Assembly (NCBI GenBank): GCA_951406725.2
Contig: OX597841.1
Coordinates: 18,538,001 to 18,602,000 of the forward strand
Length of the DNA: 64,000 nucleotides
From: Octopus vulgaris
Taxonomy: Eukaryota
Reading direction: 5' to 3'
In this document: positions 12,335 to 24,700 of the stretch, one piece after another
Layout: each line of letters opens with the position of its first letter
How positions within the stretch are numbered: position 1 is the stretch's first letter
The notes under the pieces: generated by a model
The model's input: only the letters and a program-made list of their open reading frames with translations
Told to the model about the DNA's origin: nothing
Database searches by the model: none
Program-made: the position numbers and the translations under genes

Positions 12335-12626
12335 CAGGGTTTCTCATTTTTACCTTTGGACCCCTTTAATTACTATTTTATTCTGGTGGACCCCCAGAGC
12401 CAGTCAATGTTTAAAAACTAGTTTTGTAGTTACTTTTTTCAAAATTCTATTTTGTTTTCCACACATTAACTTATGTAGGTTGATCTACATAAAATGTTGG
12501 AGAAAGAAACCTAGCTATTTCTTGCAATTCATACCAGTACATACTTGCTTGCATGGACCCCACCCCCACCCTCAAGTCTTTTAATGGACCCTCAGGGGCC
12601 ATATAGACCCTGGTTGAAAACCACTG
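12335..12626. mobile_element. hAT (Charlie-like) MITE with 8-bp target-site duplication
   Basis: Termini cagggtttctca / tgaaaaccactg, internal ggacccc motifs, and identical GTTTAAAG flanks at 12327-12334 and 12627-12634. Confidence 0.85.
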
Positions 12627-13394
12627 GTTTAAAGTGTGATAGGAAAGGAACAGATCTGATGTTGCAGAGGTGGTACATGGCCACCCTACCTTATATGTGA
12701 GCTACTGGAGGGGAGCTGAAAAGAGCAATAAAGATAGTGGTGACAAGATGCTAAGAGAGGACCTTCAGAGGAAAAGAAGAAAGTGTGAGGGCAGAAAAGT
12801 GGGAAGGAGGTGTTTCAGGAGAATGATAGGGTGAGAGTGAATGTAATGAATTGAGAACATGGGTGGTGGGGTAGTTGATGGAGGGAAGGTAGGAGAGGAA
12901 GTGATGACTGGAGAAGAATGAAGAACAGCAGGATGATGATAATAGTGGAAATCCTTACCTTATTGAGAAAGGATATTGATTGCAATAGTCAATAGAATAG
13001 AAATAAAGCTGAAATTTCCCCTTCTGTGTGGCCCAGTACCAAATGTTCCACAGCTGCTCAATGGCTGGGGTCCCTTGCTCTACATGACAGAACATCTTCA
13101 TATCTGTCCCTACTGTAAAAAGGGAATGTTTTCAAAGGATGGGTTCCTGTTGTTCTAATTAACAGAACTATCCACTTATTGTATTAATGTGCTATTAAGG
13201 CTGTAAAAGGGAGAGTAAGTCATTCTTTCCATCCATAGGCACCATGGGTAAGTGCTGGTTAACCCTTTGCTCTCCTGTGCCAGGGATGTGGTGAAGATGC
13301 ATGCAGCAGGACATTGGATGACTAACAAAGCAGAGGGGTCACTGGACCAATGGCTTGAAGGTTATTATGGTCAAACAGAAGACCTGTACCATCA

Positions 13395-13587
13395 GCACAA
13401 GTGTAGTTAGAGTGTGTGCCACCCAGGGTGGCCCTTCGATTTGCTGCCCCAGGACCCCACAAAAATACATATTGCCTACAGCAAGCACAAAAATGGTGTC
13501 ACCCCTGGGCCACCACAAAGAATACATATTGTATACAGCAGACCCAAAGATGGTGCCACCTCTGCCCCACCTCTAGCTATGCTAGTG
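13395..13587. mobile_element. Putative MITE with internal ~60-bp duplication
   Basis: Imperfect inverted ends cacaagtgtagttagag / ctctagctatgctagtg; ccacaaa.aatacatattg...acagca...aaa.atggtg.cacc occurs twice. Confidence 0.55.
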
Positions 13588-14054
13588 ACTGACAACAGTT
13601 TGAGTGTCAACAAGCAAGGTGCTACAGTGGGGTAGCCTTGTCATTGACCATGTTCGGTGCACTCTTGTACGCCACTTGGTATTTGGCTTGGCGGCCCAAG
13701 AGGCAGTCTGGTGGTGAGGGTCAGTGCCAACTGTGTTACTGCGTTACTCACAGAAGTGGGGAACCTTGAAAGGATGTAGTAAATGTGACAGCAGTGGTTG
13801 TAAGTAACTGGGAGGGGCTAGCAAGAGCTCTGCACACAGGCAGCTTGCTCCAGTGGTTACAGTGAGTGCTGGTTGAGTATTCCACAGACACTTTGTACTT
13901 GTAGTTATATGAGGAGAGGGTTGTATATGGGAAGTAAAATAATCTAGATGGATGAGGAAAGAGGGAGTCTGGAAGACGAAATGGAACCAAGACATTGACA
14001 GACATTGACTGTTGCTGTCCATGGACTGAAACAGGGAAATGATGATTGACATTT

Positions 14055-14467
14055 ACTCTTACTCTTTACTCTTTTACTTGTTTCAGTCATTTGACTGCGG
14101 CCATGCTGGAGCACCGCCTTTAATCGAGCAACTCGACCCCAGGACTTATTCTTTTGTAAGCCCAGTACTTATTCTATCGGTCTCTTTCGCCCAACAGCTA
14201 AGTAATGGGGACGTAAACACACCAGCATCGGTTATCAAGCAATGGTGGGGGACAAACACAGACACGCAAACACACACACACACATACATATATACATATA
14301 TACGACGGGCTTCTTTCAGTTTCCGTCTACCAAATCCACTCACAAGGCATTGGTCGGCCCGAGGCTATAGTAGAAGACACTTGCCTAAGGTGCCACGCAA
14401 TGGGACTGAACCCAGAACCATGTGGTTGGTAAACAAGCTACTTACCACACAGCCACTCCTACGCCTA
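14055..14467 (-). mobile_element. SINE family A, full length
   Basis: Complete head, core and tail in reverse. Confidence 0.9.
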
Positions 14468-15028
14468 TTGATTACTTACCCTGAATCAATTCGTTATCCT
14501 GTCACCTGGCAGGTCAATAATGGTGGATTTTGTTGCATTGTCTATGTTTATTGTTTGTCTTCTGCAACATAAACAATCTTCAATATAATTGTCCTAAATC
14601 ATGTTATTCCACCCACTTTGCTTTCCTCATCCCTCCAGCCTATATTCTTCTTCTAACACTCACACAACCGTTCTACTTAGATATATTAATTTCTCTTAAT
14701 TCCTCTTCAGTTAATTGCTCTTCCTCAATTTTCACCTTTACCGTTATTTTGCTTCAAATTTACAAGCGACGACAGCTAAGGGGCGATAATTCCCCACAAA
14801 CATAGAAGAGTTACTCCCCTTGAGGGAAATGTCAGTTTGAAGAAACGTAAATATCTGAACTTGTTCAATCTGTTCAAGACTGGAGTGGAGACTGGAGGCC
14901 TGAAGTAGCGGCGTGGGACCAGGGAAGCTGAGGGAAGACACCACCTTATGACGACTCATACCGTTTAACGAATATTAATGCATCACTTCATTTATTATAA
15001 TTCTTTTGTCATTTTTGATATTAATTGA

Positions 15029-15042
15029 TATCTATCTTTCTA

Positions 15043-15073
<31 letters not shown>

Positions 15074-15106
15074 GTCTGTCTATCTGTCTGTCTATCTATC
15101 TGTCTG

Positions 15107-15205
<99 letters not shown>

Positions 15206-15234
15206 GTCTGTCTATCTATCTGTCTGTCTATCTA

Positions 15235-15266
<32 letters not shown>

Positions 15267-15282
15267 TCTGTCTGTCTATCTA

Positions 15283-15345
<63 letters not shown>

Positions 15346-15384
15346 GTCTATCTGTCTATCTATTTATCTATCTATCTACCTATG

Positions 15385-15417
<33 letters not shown>
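15029..15417. repeat. (TCTA/TCTG)n tetranucleotide microsatellite
   Basis: Direct reading. Similar tracts at 28811-29050, 50080-50130, 50985-51095, 51340-51440, 53218-53297 and 62525-62990. Confidence 0.95.
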
Positions 15418-15419
<2 letters not shown>

Positions 15420-15662
15420 TCATCATCATCATCATCATCATTTAGCGTCCGTTCTCCATGCTAGCATGGGTTGGATGGTTCACCTGGGGTCTGTGAAACC
15501 AGAAGGCTGCACCAGGCCCAGTCTGATCTGGCAATGTTTCTACGGCTGGATGCCCTTCCTAACACCAACCACTCCGTGAGTGTACTGGGTGCTTTTTACG
15601 TGCCACCGGCACGGGGGCCAGGCGAGGCTGGCAACGGCCACGAACGGATGGTGCTTTTTACG

Positions 15663-15712
<50 letters not shown>

Positions 15713-15728
15713 TAATTAGATAGATATA

Positions 15729-16890
15729 CAGTAACATGCAAAAGTCTTCATCTACTTTAAACTCGTGTAAATTTCTACCAATTGCCAACCTATAAGTCGA
15801 TGTTTCACATTGTGTTTTTTACAGATGAAACATTGGCCCTGTTGGAGTCATTTCCATACCTAATCCTTATATTTTGTAGTCGGGGTTCTGAATGAGAGGC
15901 GAAGATGCGAGACGACCACCAAAAACGGTCATGCAAAAGTTTTCAGCCACCTCACAGAAACCAATCAAGATACAGTGTTTGAAAACAGAAAAATGTCTAT
16001 AATGAAAATTTATTGCATAATGTTCATTTCAGAAATTTACTGAACATTGTTAATATCTTGTAGCTTGCTTACCAACCACATGGTTCCGGGTTCAGTCCCA
16101 CTGCATGGCATCTTGGGCAATTGTCTTCTGCTATAGCCCCGGGCCGACCAATGCCTTGTGAGTGGATTTGGTAGACGGAAACTGAAAGAAGCCCGTCATA
16201 TATATGTATATATATATATGTGTGTATGTGTGTATTTGTGTGTCTGTGTTTGTCCCCCTAGCATTGCTTGACAACCGATGCTGGTGATTTTACGTCCCCG
16301 TCACTTAGTGGTTCGGCAAAAGAGACCGATAGAATAAGTACTAGGCTTACAAAAAATAAGTCCCGGGGTCGATTTGCTTGACAAAAGGTGGTGCTCCAGC
16401 ATGGCCGCAGTCAAATGACTGAAACAAGTAAAAGAGTAAAAGAGTTAAGAGAGTATCTCGTGTGGCTTCCTTTAGCTTGAAAAATTGCTTCAATGTACCT
16501 GAGAAGAGATGTGTACAAATCCTTCACCATCTTCACAGGTATGAGATGCCATTCTCTGTGGCTGATCTCCCACAACTCTTCAAGATTGCATGGATTCTTC
16601 TGACAAACACTTCTCTTCTGTTCTGTCCACATTTGCTCGATGATGTCAGGGCTCTGAGCTGGACAATCTTTAAATAACGGTAACACCTTCATCAGCCAGA
16701 CTCTGTAGTGTTGAACATAATCTGTGGCACAGACCTCTGTCATGCTGAAAAATCTCACCTTCATCCAAGTCTTGTATCAAATTGTCCTTCAGCAACTGAA
16801 TGTATTTGGCATTGTTCAAGTTATCGTCAATTTTAACTAACTTTCTCGAACCATCAATTTTTGTGTATCCCCAAAGCATCATGTAATGTG
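15729..16890 (-). mobile_element. 3' half of a Tc1-family DNA transposon, interrupted by a SINE
   Basis: MMLWG...YIQLLKDNL...IFQHD...H, then after a frameshift PAQSPDI.IEQMW...W..IP...LY.SL....EAIFQAKGSHTRY. Candidate terminus TA|CAGTAACATGCAAAAGT at 15729. Confidence 0.8.
16062..16450 (+). mobile_element. SINE family A inserted at the Tc1 stop-codon region
   Basis: Family core and (aaaagagt)n tail; imperfect flanking repeat aatatcttgt (16052-61) / agtatctcgt (16452-61). Confidence 0.9.
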
Positions 16891-16947
16891 GATCATTTTG
16901 CTTTCCTGGAGGCCTTCTAGCAAGTTCTCACTTATTATATATATATA

Positions 16948-17990
16948 CTAGCATTATGACCCGTCGTTGCCGGGTCATAGTGCTAGTGCATGTATATATG
17001 TGTATATATATGTGTACATATTACAAGTACATTTATATATATACATCTACACATAAAATACAAAATACAAAGTTATATCTTGATATCGCTAGTAATAACA
17101 ATACTCAAAATATATAACAGACTGGAATTGTAGGCCCGTCTCTTGCAATTTCGATCAATTGTATCATGTCCTACCTCTTGTATAGAAGTGTGGCTACAAT
17201 CCAGCCTACCTCTACTTCTGGTGGGGGGGACATTTTAATTTTTTTCCGGGAAGTCCTACATCCCAGATATAAGGGTAAAAATAAAATATTTCCACTTTAC
17301 AAGGTTCGAGTCGATTACTTCCTTGCACGCTCCGTTGACTCGAACCTTGCTTCAATTGTGGCAAATTTACCGCCTCTGGTTAGATACTTGATATCTTTCA
17401 TAGTTGCACCAAGACACTTTTCAATGGTGCTTTACTCCAGGTGTTCAAATCTTTTTTCTCTACATTGTATACTTTATAGACAATAGGCTTTTCTTTAATT
17501 TAATTTTTTATTATCCATCTGGACTATTCCATTTCTGCATGCTAATTTTATTTTTAATTTATTCCCATTCATGTGAAACCACTTATTCAAGTTCAAGTCA
17601 TTGATGCAATTTTATACCAATTGCTATTTTTACTTTTGTTATGTTACGATTATATTATACTTTAGTTTGATTTTAATTATTACTTACTACATATAATTCA
17701 ATTGTTATTATTATCTCTAATTTTTATTGTTAAAGTGAAAGTATGTGACATAAAATAGAGAAATGTTTTTGTTTCACTTTTAACACATAATACTGAAATA
17801 GTGGAGAAGATATGATATTGCTATGGACTCGCTGTAGGCAAGAAGTTGAACATTTTTTTTGCCCATGAAACTACATGGACCCTAAGTAAGGCATGTGTAA
17901 AATTTGAATGAAATTGGTTGTGTAGTTCTCAAGTTTTAGGGAAACACACAGACAGACAGACACACATTCTCAGTTTTATATATAGAGAGA
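16948..17990 (-). mobile_element. Non-autonomous Helitron-type element
   Basis: Minus-strand 5' end A|TCTCTCTATATATAAAACTG followed by (GTCT)n and aaccaatttcattcaaattttacac. The 3' end has a hairpin (gacccg...cgggtc) followed by CTAG|T. Insertion lies between A and T. Confidence 0.78.
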
Positions 17991-18781
17991 TACACACACA
18001 TATACATACATACATACATACATACACACATACACACATAAACATATATATAAATACATAGATATATATAAATATATATATGTACATACATGTATATGTG
18101 TATATATATATGTGTGTGTGTGTATGTGTGTATGTATGTATGTATGTGTGTGTATGTATGTATGTGTGTGTGTGTGTATGTATGTATGTATATATGCGTG
18201 TGTGTGTGTATGTGTGTGTGTATGTATGTGTGTGTGTATGTGTGTGTGTGTATGTATGTATGATGAATGTATGTATGTATGTGTATGTATGTGTGTATGT
18301 ATGTATGTATGTGTGTGTGTGAGTGTGTGTGTGTGTATGTGTGTGTGTGTGTGTGTGTGTCAAATTCCACTCGTTACTCAACCCGAACCTATATTAGAAG
18401 ACACTTGTCCAAGGCGCCACACATTTGGGTCAAAATCAGCTTTCAAATCACAGCCAGGACATTACTTGTTGTTGTTGCTGTTGTTGTTGTTGCTGACCTG
18501 TCGTTCGTTTTTAAACGTATTTCCTTTTTTTTCTTTTAATCTAGATTCAAGCCTGATTTGAAACCCATTCACTGTTCATTGTATTGACTGCTTGGAGAGG
18601 GAGAGAGAGGGAGAGAGAGGGAGAGAGAGAGAGAGAAAATAATAGAAAGAAGCGAAATACAATAACAACAGAAGAAAAATAAACAACAAACAAACAAAGA
18701 ACAAAAGAGCAAAATCCAAAACTATCACGAAAGGCAAAAAATATAATACGTTGATTCGCTGACAATTTGCTAATTGAGATA

Positions 18782-21700
18782 ATGAAGCCGTCGTCGACTG
18801 AGAGAAATGTTCAAGACACAAAAGACAACTGGGACAATGTGAATGATGCCGACAGCGACGGTGAGATTGCAGAACTTGGTAACGATGACGATTTACTTGC
18901 GGATCCTAGCAACCTCGGTCGGATGCTGCAAACTATTCCTCAAGGCAAATACTCAGAAACGCAGAGGGACGCTGAAATTTACTGCAGCAGCCAGCAGTAT
19001 ATGTCGAAGGAATTTCTGACACAGACCGACGGGGCCAAATGGCAGATATCGGGTCAAATCGATGACAAAATTAACACCAACAATGCCTTGCGTGATTGTT
19101 TGGGTCTTTACAAGTCACAAGAAAGCATTTGGCAGAATAGTGACGAGGACCTTGTTGCTAGGGAGGAGGAAGAAGAGGAGGATAGAAGCCAGAACCCTAA
19201 TTATACCCCGACAGCCGTTGACTTTATTCACGAACCTATCCCACATATTTGGGACCTTTCTTCTTGTGGTTCTACAAATCTGACAAACAGGGTTGATTTT
19301 AACATTCCGAACTCATCGGATGACTCTGAAACGTGCAAGGGTAAAAGCCCGGACTCAATCGAAATAATGGCACCAGATTCTCAGCTCCAAAAATTTGCTC
19401 CGTGTTTTGTCACAAGCAGTTTGGATGATAGGGACGATGCCCCTACATCCACTTTGAACTCACCGTTTAAGATATTTCAAAGTCACGTTAAACCCTGCGA
19501 GGATTTAGATTGTAACAGGCTCCTACACCAGCCAAGTGTTACTCATCGATCTAAAGACAGGGAATTGGAAGATTCACCGAAGAAGAATACACCTAACCAG
19601 AACAGATTCGATCACGAGTCTTGTGATGGTTCTAAACTCGACTTGGACGAAGTTTGTGAGCTGCCATTTAGTGAAGGTAACGCCGAGGCGTGTGGTTATC
19701 AAAATTCATACTCATCTTGCATTACTGTGAGTAGTGATGATGAAAATACTTACGACAGTTCGCTCAAATCACACCATTACTATAGCAACAGATATTCACC
19801 ATCTGTCGATACGCTCCAGAGAAAGTGTCATTTAAGTGAAACCGATATCACTACTCCCACCCCTGATCTTCCAGATAATGTGCTGCAAGTTTCTTATGAA
19901 GGCCACCTGAAAAATGAACGCGATCACAAGCACCAACACGACGACCTCATTGTAGTAAATAAATTGGAAGCTTACAAAGAGACGTTTGTGTTGAGTCACG
20001 GGACTAGTAATGAGACATGCAGAAGTTTTACACCAGAAACACAACACCAATCTCAATTGTGCAACATTGTAAAACCCTCACAGCATCCGGGTCTCAACCA
20101 CTTATCTGTATTTCGCCCTCGAACCTCTCCTCCTCAGAGCGCCAGTGTCGTTAACTGTGTTGCTACGCTGCCTTCGCTTCCTCAGTCTATTGTTCGTTGG
20201 GACAATGCCTCGGGTTGCAGTTCAACAGACGACATGAAAGGAAACAGCAAGCCAGTATTTAAAAACCTGAATATTTTGGATGACCGACCAACCTATCCAG
20301 GAATAACAGTCTCTTCAGAAAAAATAACCGAAGAGTCTTTAGGCAGACCAGAAAACATCGGTAATATATTAGTAAAAAATCCTCAGCTCGTAGCAAACAC
20401 AAACAAAGATACATCTACATCCGCATGCACAAAAGCATATGCACACACAACCACAGATCTAGATACAAATACAATCATAAATACAAACACTGACCGGTCC
20501 ACAGTTAAAACTGGCAAAAGTGAAACGCAATGTAGTCTGCCAAGATTTTCTACTACAGAAAAAACGCAGAGATTTCCGAATCAAGTCGACAACTCCTCCC
20601 TGAACTCAAACCCGAGGGACTATCGAACTATCCCCAACTGGGACCCTGTTGCTGTTACAAGAAATACTGTTATTACAGGGGACAATCGTAGCATGAAGAA
20701 GCTCCCCGAAGAGAAAACCCCTCACAGCGAGGGCAGAATTGTGAAGGTTGTTCAGCGAGACATTGACGAAACTGATGCAAGTGAAAAATGTATTAATGAT
20801 AATAACTTACTAAATGTCGATGAGAAGTATCATAGAGAGGATGTATATAATGATGTATATAATGATGTATATAATGATGTATATAATGATGCCACTACAT
20901 TATATGGATCACAGGATGGTAAAGATATCAAAAATAAAACTATTCGTCATAACCAATATACCGATAACACGCTTACATGGGGAGATGCATGTAAAGTTAT
21001 CAACCCCTTGTATGAAACATGGGATAATAAAGATATGGAAAACGGAAGATGTACAAACCTCGGCTGCAAGAATAATGAAAGTATTCCCTCGAAAGATAGA
21101 TATAAATCTAAAAGCGAAATCGAGAAAGAAGACAGAAGCGAAGAAAAGGAAGAAGAATCGGTTAAAAGCAACAGCAACAATAATAATGAAGATGCTGATG
21201 AATGTAATAATGTAGAAGAAACCGAAGAAAAGTGTGACCTCGTTGATACTCTGTCTCTCAACGCAGAATCTAGAGACAGTGTTAATCATTCTGGTGTTTG
21301 TAGTCTGAAGTTGGATAAGAGAAACTACTTCAGAAACAGCGACGATGATTTATTAGCTGTGACCGTTGGAGAAAAGAATTATTCTGATGCCATCGTCCCG
21401 TCTTACTATACTGCAGCGGCTGTAGTAAGTGTGGGAAGGGACGATTGTCAGATGTACGGTTCACAGAGGGAGGGGGACAGCTACAGCCAGAGTAATAGTA
21501 GTAGCTACATCTTCGATGACTTTGATTGCATGAATTCAGCCTCGCAGAACGAGACCTTTCACTTTAAAACTCAGACAGAGGAAAACCAAATTGAAGAAGA
21601 AGAAGAAGAAGAAGAAGAAGAAGAAGAAGAAGAAGAAGAAGAAGAAGAAGAAGAAGAAGAAGAAGAAGAAGAAGAAGGAAGAAGAAGAAGAGGAGGAGGA

Positions 21701-24700
21701 GAATCTACAAAACCCCATACAGGCAACAATGTTTTAGCAGAAACAGAACCAAAGCATGAGCCCATCAGCGAGCCATCTTATTGCAATAGCCTTACTAGTG
21801 AAACAGCAAACTTCCTTCATGCAAGCAATTCACAGATGGATTTATTTAACGACTGCAGTGACCTTTTGCCAGATTATAGCCCCACGAAAAAAGGTGAGGC
21901 AAGAAATGGTCGATTTTATCCTAATATCCTGGATGTCGGGGAGAACCAAATAAGTGAAACAATAGAAGAGCAAGTAGAAAGCAATAACATTTGTTTAGCA
22001 AAACCAACACCTATTTGTCAGCCCATTAATATTCTTCCCGAATGCGAAAATACCATCAAACGTAGCTCAGAGACGAATACTCTAAACCGTAGCCAAAAAA
22101 ATATTGTCGAAACGTGCTCGAATGATTTTCGCAATTTCTGCAATAATGCGTGTGTTCTCGTCAATGAAGAAGAGGAGGTTAAAATAACAGGTCAATCCTC
22201 AAAGAATATGAACTCTGATTATAAAAACTTGGACGTAAGTCGAAATCTGATGGGCGCATGTAACAGTAATTCAGATGTAGGTGAGAATCGGCCAAACACA
22301 AATTACGGAAACTCAGGTAAAAGCGATAACAAACAAGAAGTATCATACAAAAGTAAAAGTAGTTTAACTGAAACAGAACCAACATGCCAACCCATTGAAG
22401 TTCTATCTTATTGCGATGATGCAGCCAACAAGAAGATAAGCCTTCCTTATACAAGTAGTTCACAGACGAGTATCTTCAACGGCTGCAGTGACGTCTCAGA
22501 CTATAGTAAAAACAATAAAGATGTAATCAGAACTGATCGATTTTATCCCCAAATCCAGGTTGACGAGGAAAACCGAAAAAGTGAAAACAAAGAGAAGTAC
22601 GTGGAAAGCAATAACAATTGTTCAGCAAAACTAGGGTTGAGGTGTCAACCCATTGTTATTCCACCTAATGACAGAGATGCCGTCATATATAATTCACAGG
22701 TAAATGTCCTTAACTACAACAGAAGTGATATTGTTGAAGTGTGTTCGAAAAACGTTCGTAATAATGTTCCTGTTGACGACAATGCAGAAGAAGGGGATAA
22801 CGAAGCGAGCCACTCTACAAACATGAACACAAATTATAGGACTTTAAGCGTTAAACGAAATGCAACTGACGAAGATTACAGTAACCCTGATGGAATGCAG
22901 ACGAATTCCAGGAGGGGAAATTCAGATGAAAGTGAAGATCCAATGAACGCCAATCGCAGTAAGACAGACGTAAAGGGAAAGTGGACAAACACGAATGTTC
23001 GTGGAAACTTAATGAATTCGAATTATGTAAATTTGCATATAAGTGATAATTGTTTGAATGAAAATTGCAGGAACTCAGAAGTTTGCGGAAATCAGACGAA
23101 CACGAATCACAAAAAGGAGAAGGCAGAGGAAGAGAGGGAAAAAGAAGAAGATGAATCTATGAAACCCGACAACAGCACGAGTGGTTTAGCTGAAACGGAC
23201 CCTAGATGCCAACCCACTGAAGTTCCATTTCTGTACTATCCTGCAGCCAGCGAGAAAGAAAATGTTTATCACAGAAGCTGTTCCAAGATGAATAATCTTA
23301 AGGGTTGTTGTGAGGCTGAATTAGACGATGAACACACCAATAAAGATGTACTCAGAAATGATGAATTTTATCTTAAAATCCAAGTAGATGAGAAGAGGAG
23401 GAATGAAAAGAAAGCAGGGAGTGTGGAAAGCAATGACTGCTATTTAGCAAAATCACAGTTTATTAGTCAATCCGTTGTTGATTCACTTAAAAGCAGAGAT
23501 GTCCTGGAACACAGTAGAAATGACGCTGGTAAAACATGCTCGAATAACGCTAGCAGTTTTTACAATGATAGAGCTGTCTTCACCAATTCAGATGAGGATT
23601 ATGAAAGAGCCGAATCCTTAATGAGCACCAACGTGAATAACAGAAATTCTGACGTAAGTGGAGAACAAACGATGAGAGTCAATCACGGAAATTTGTACGT
23701 AAGTGGAGAACAAACGATGAGAGTCAATCACGGAAATTTGTACGTAAGTGGAGAACAAACGATCCCAAATTACGGAAACTTGGATGTAAGCGGCCAACAA
23801 CAAAACGGAGACTCAAACTTGAACGGAACTCGAATGAAAACAAGCTACAATAAACCTGAAGGAAAAGAAGAAGAAGAAGAAGAAGAAGAAGAAGAAGAAG
23901 AAGAAGAAGAAGAAGAAGAAGAAGAAGAAGAAGAAGAAGAAGAAGAAGAAGAAGAAGAAGAAGAAGAAGAAGAAGAAGAAGAAGAAGAAGAAGAAGAAGA
24001 AGAAGAAGAAGACGACCAACAAGGACAAGAATCTTTGGAAGTCGACGATAGAAAGAAAAGTTTAGTTGGAATGGAATGTCATCGTGATGTCGTTCTGTTG
24101 ACGTGCTGTGATGCAACCAGTGAAAGAACAAGCGTTTCTCACACAAGTAGTTCACAGATGGTCGTCTTTAACGACGGCACTAACGCTGTCTCAGATTATG
24201 GTCCCACCCACGAAGATGTGACAAGAAATGATCGATTTCACCCTACAATCCTGGCTGGCGAAGAGGATCGAAGAAGCAAAACTGCAGAGGAGGAGTGTGT
24301 GGAAGTCGATAACAGCAGCATACGTTTAGAACCAGCAGACTCGTGTAAAGGTGTCACATGTAGATCACAGGCGAATATCCTTAACCAGAACAGAAATGAT
24401 ATTGTCGAAGCGTGTTCAGGTGAGGTTCACAATTTCTGCAATGACGTCCCTATCCTCAAAAATGTAGAAGAGTTTAAAGAAAAAGTCCAATCCTTAAAGC
24501 GTACGAACTCAGATTATGGAAATCCGCACGCAAGTCAAAATCCGACGAAAGAAAATCCCAACAACCCAAATGTATGTGGAAATCGAATGAATGCTAATTA
24601 CGGAACATCAGGTGTAAATGGAAATTTGACAAACAAAAACTGTGGAAAGTCAGACATAACTAAAATTCCAAGAACAGAAGAAAATTGTGGGAAATCGAAA

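Noticed and set aside
14744-14959. 71-aa minus-strand ORF in unique sequence
   Set aside because: Short, with no recognisable homology or clear splice boundaries.
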